This document shows positions 41,247 to 41,833 of a stretch of 41,833 bases of DNA, piece after piece (position 1 is the stretch's first letter; every line of letters begins with the position of its first letter). Below the pieces are notes generated by a model. That model did not search any database, was not told the origin of the DNA, and saw only the letters and a list, made by a program, of their open reading frames with translations. Source of the DNA: a virus; IMG/VR virus record IMGVR_UViG_3300045988_100766, one strand, 5' to 3'. A program made the translations under genes and the position numbers.

Positions 41247-41308
41247 AAGGAAAAATCCCCCTTTTGAGCTATTATACCACGCCGGACGGGGAGAGAAAAG
41301 AGGACACC

Positions 41309-41446
41309 ATGAACGAGGACGCTTACTACGACCGCCTGCTGCGGGAGTATGACCGGGATGTATGGGCTGACCTGGAGCGCGAGGCCGAGGAGCGGCTGGC
41401 CGCCGGGGACATCGCCTGCGACCGATGGAGGGACGACGGATGCTGA
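41309..41446 (+). CDS. Hypothetical acidic 45-aa protein
   Basis: ORF with purine-rich upstream sequence. Confidence 0.4.
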   Translation: MNEDAYYDRLLREYDRDVWADLEREAEERLAAGDIACDRWRDDGC

Positions 41447-41574
41447 TCGTAATCATCATTGCTGCCATTGCGCTGACGGCGCTGACCGCCTCGCTTACAA
41501 GCGGCACGGGAAGCTGCACCGACCATTACAGCGCGTACTACAGCAGCATGGCGCGGTTGACGGATAAAAAGTAA
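41440..41574 (+). CDS. 44-aa TM peptide (MLIVIIIAAIALTALTASL...)
   Basis: ATG overlaps the upstream stop. Under 60 aa, so not in the ORF track. Confidence 0.35.
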   Translation: MLIVIIIAAIALTALTASLTSGTGSCTDHYSAYYSSMARLTDKK

Positions 41575-41598
41575 TCAAAAACAAGGAGGGAAATAACA

Positions 41599-41833
41599 AT
41601 GTGCCAACTCAAATCCTGCCTGGTGCTCAAGGATCGCGTGTATTGCCCGGATTACGACAGCCACCAGGATATGCTGGAAAAGCTGGGTATCAGGGACGAC
41701 TACCTGGGCGCCAGCAAAACCTTTGTGCGGGTGGAGCTTACGCCGCCGGACGACGTGAAATCGCTGATGGAACCGCTGGACAGGTGGACGCTCAATGTGG
41801 ATCAGGACGTAACGCCCGAGTGGTGGGATGAAA
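41599..41833 (+). CDS. Hypothetical protein, N-terminal part; ORF runs off window end and continues at nt 56 across the circular junction
   Basis: ATG 41599 preceded by SD AAGGAGGG (41583-41590). The frame is open to the window end (MCQLKSCLVLKDRVYCPDYDSH...). It is missing from the ORF track because no stop lies in the window. Confidence 0.7.
   Translation, partial: MCQLKSCLVLKDRVYCPDYDSHQDMLEKLGIRDDYLGASKTFVRVELTPPDDVKSLMEPLDRWTLNVDQDVTPEWWDE
41779..41833. repeat. Terminal direct repeat copy 2 (identical to 1-55)
   Basis: 55/55 nt identity with window start. Confidence 0.95.

Noticed and set aside
1-41833. Stop-codon reassignment or suppressor-tRNA-dependent recoding, prompted by the odd tRNA and the UCA-containing tRNA-like element
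   Set aside because: All large genes (757-aa tape measure, 632-aa helicase, 595-aa hub, terL, portal) are uninterrupted under the standard code. Coding density is already high without recoding.

Overview
The window is a complete, closed phage genome. The first 55 nt are identical to the last 55 nt, so the unique length is 41,778 bp, and one gene spans the junction. Gene content indicates a temperate siphovirus-like phage. The protein families and strong Shine-Dalgarno (SD) usage resemble phages of GC-rich gut Clostridia; that host assignment is inference. All long ORFs are intact under the standard genetic code.

Layout, given in prophage-like order:
- Lysogeny region (36.2-40.7 kb): an attP that carries the 3' part of a tRNA-Ser(GCU), flanked by ATTACACGCA arm-type repeats; a tyrosine integrase; a membrane-anchored XRE regulator; an AT-rich XRE plus DUF4352 membrane-protein operon with its own Cro-like partner; and a CI-like/rightward-promoter switch with a palindromic operator.
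- Early region (40.7 kb, across the junction, to 13 kb): one tRNA plus a truncated tRNA-like element; an exonuclease / single-strand annealing protein (SSAP) / SSB / ERCC4-nuclease recombination module; a CHC2 zinc-finger protein and an SF3 primase-helicase followed by an iteron-type candidate origin; MazG; Gp37/Gp68; two Lar-like proteins; and an orphan C5-methyltransferase-like protein.
- Late region (13-34.6 kb): a sigma-like regulator, TerS, TerL, portal, MuF-like protein, scaffold, major capsid, head-tail connectors, major tail protein, G/GT chaperones with an A_AAA_AAC -1 frameshift site, tape measure, tail tip and fibre proteins, an NlpC/P60 endolysin, an XhlA-like protein and a holin.
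- Cargo genes (34.7-36.2 kb), which lie behind a terminated, structured leader RNA.

The most unusual feature is a 3.25-kb autonomous island that splits terS from terL (14.1-17.4 kb). It contains a leftward operon with tandem consensus promoters. The operon encodes a ribbon-helix-helix (RHH) protein that reads in frame into a small acidic protein, a 145-aa protein of unknown function, and a tail-anchored FtsK/SpoIIIE-type ATPase. The island also carries a promoter-plus-terminator-defined antisense small RNA (sRNA), a 15-bp inverted-repeat motif cluster, and a divergent small serine recombinase. I could not assign this cassette to any named system.
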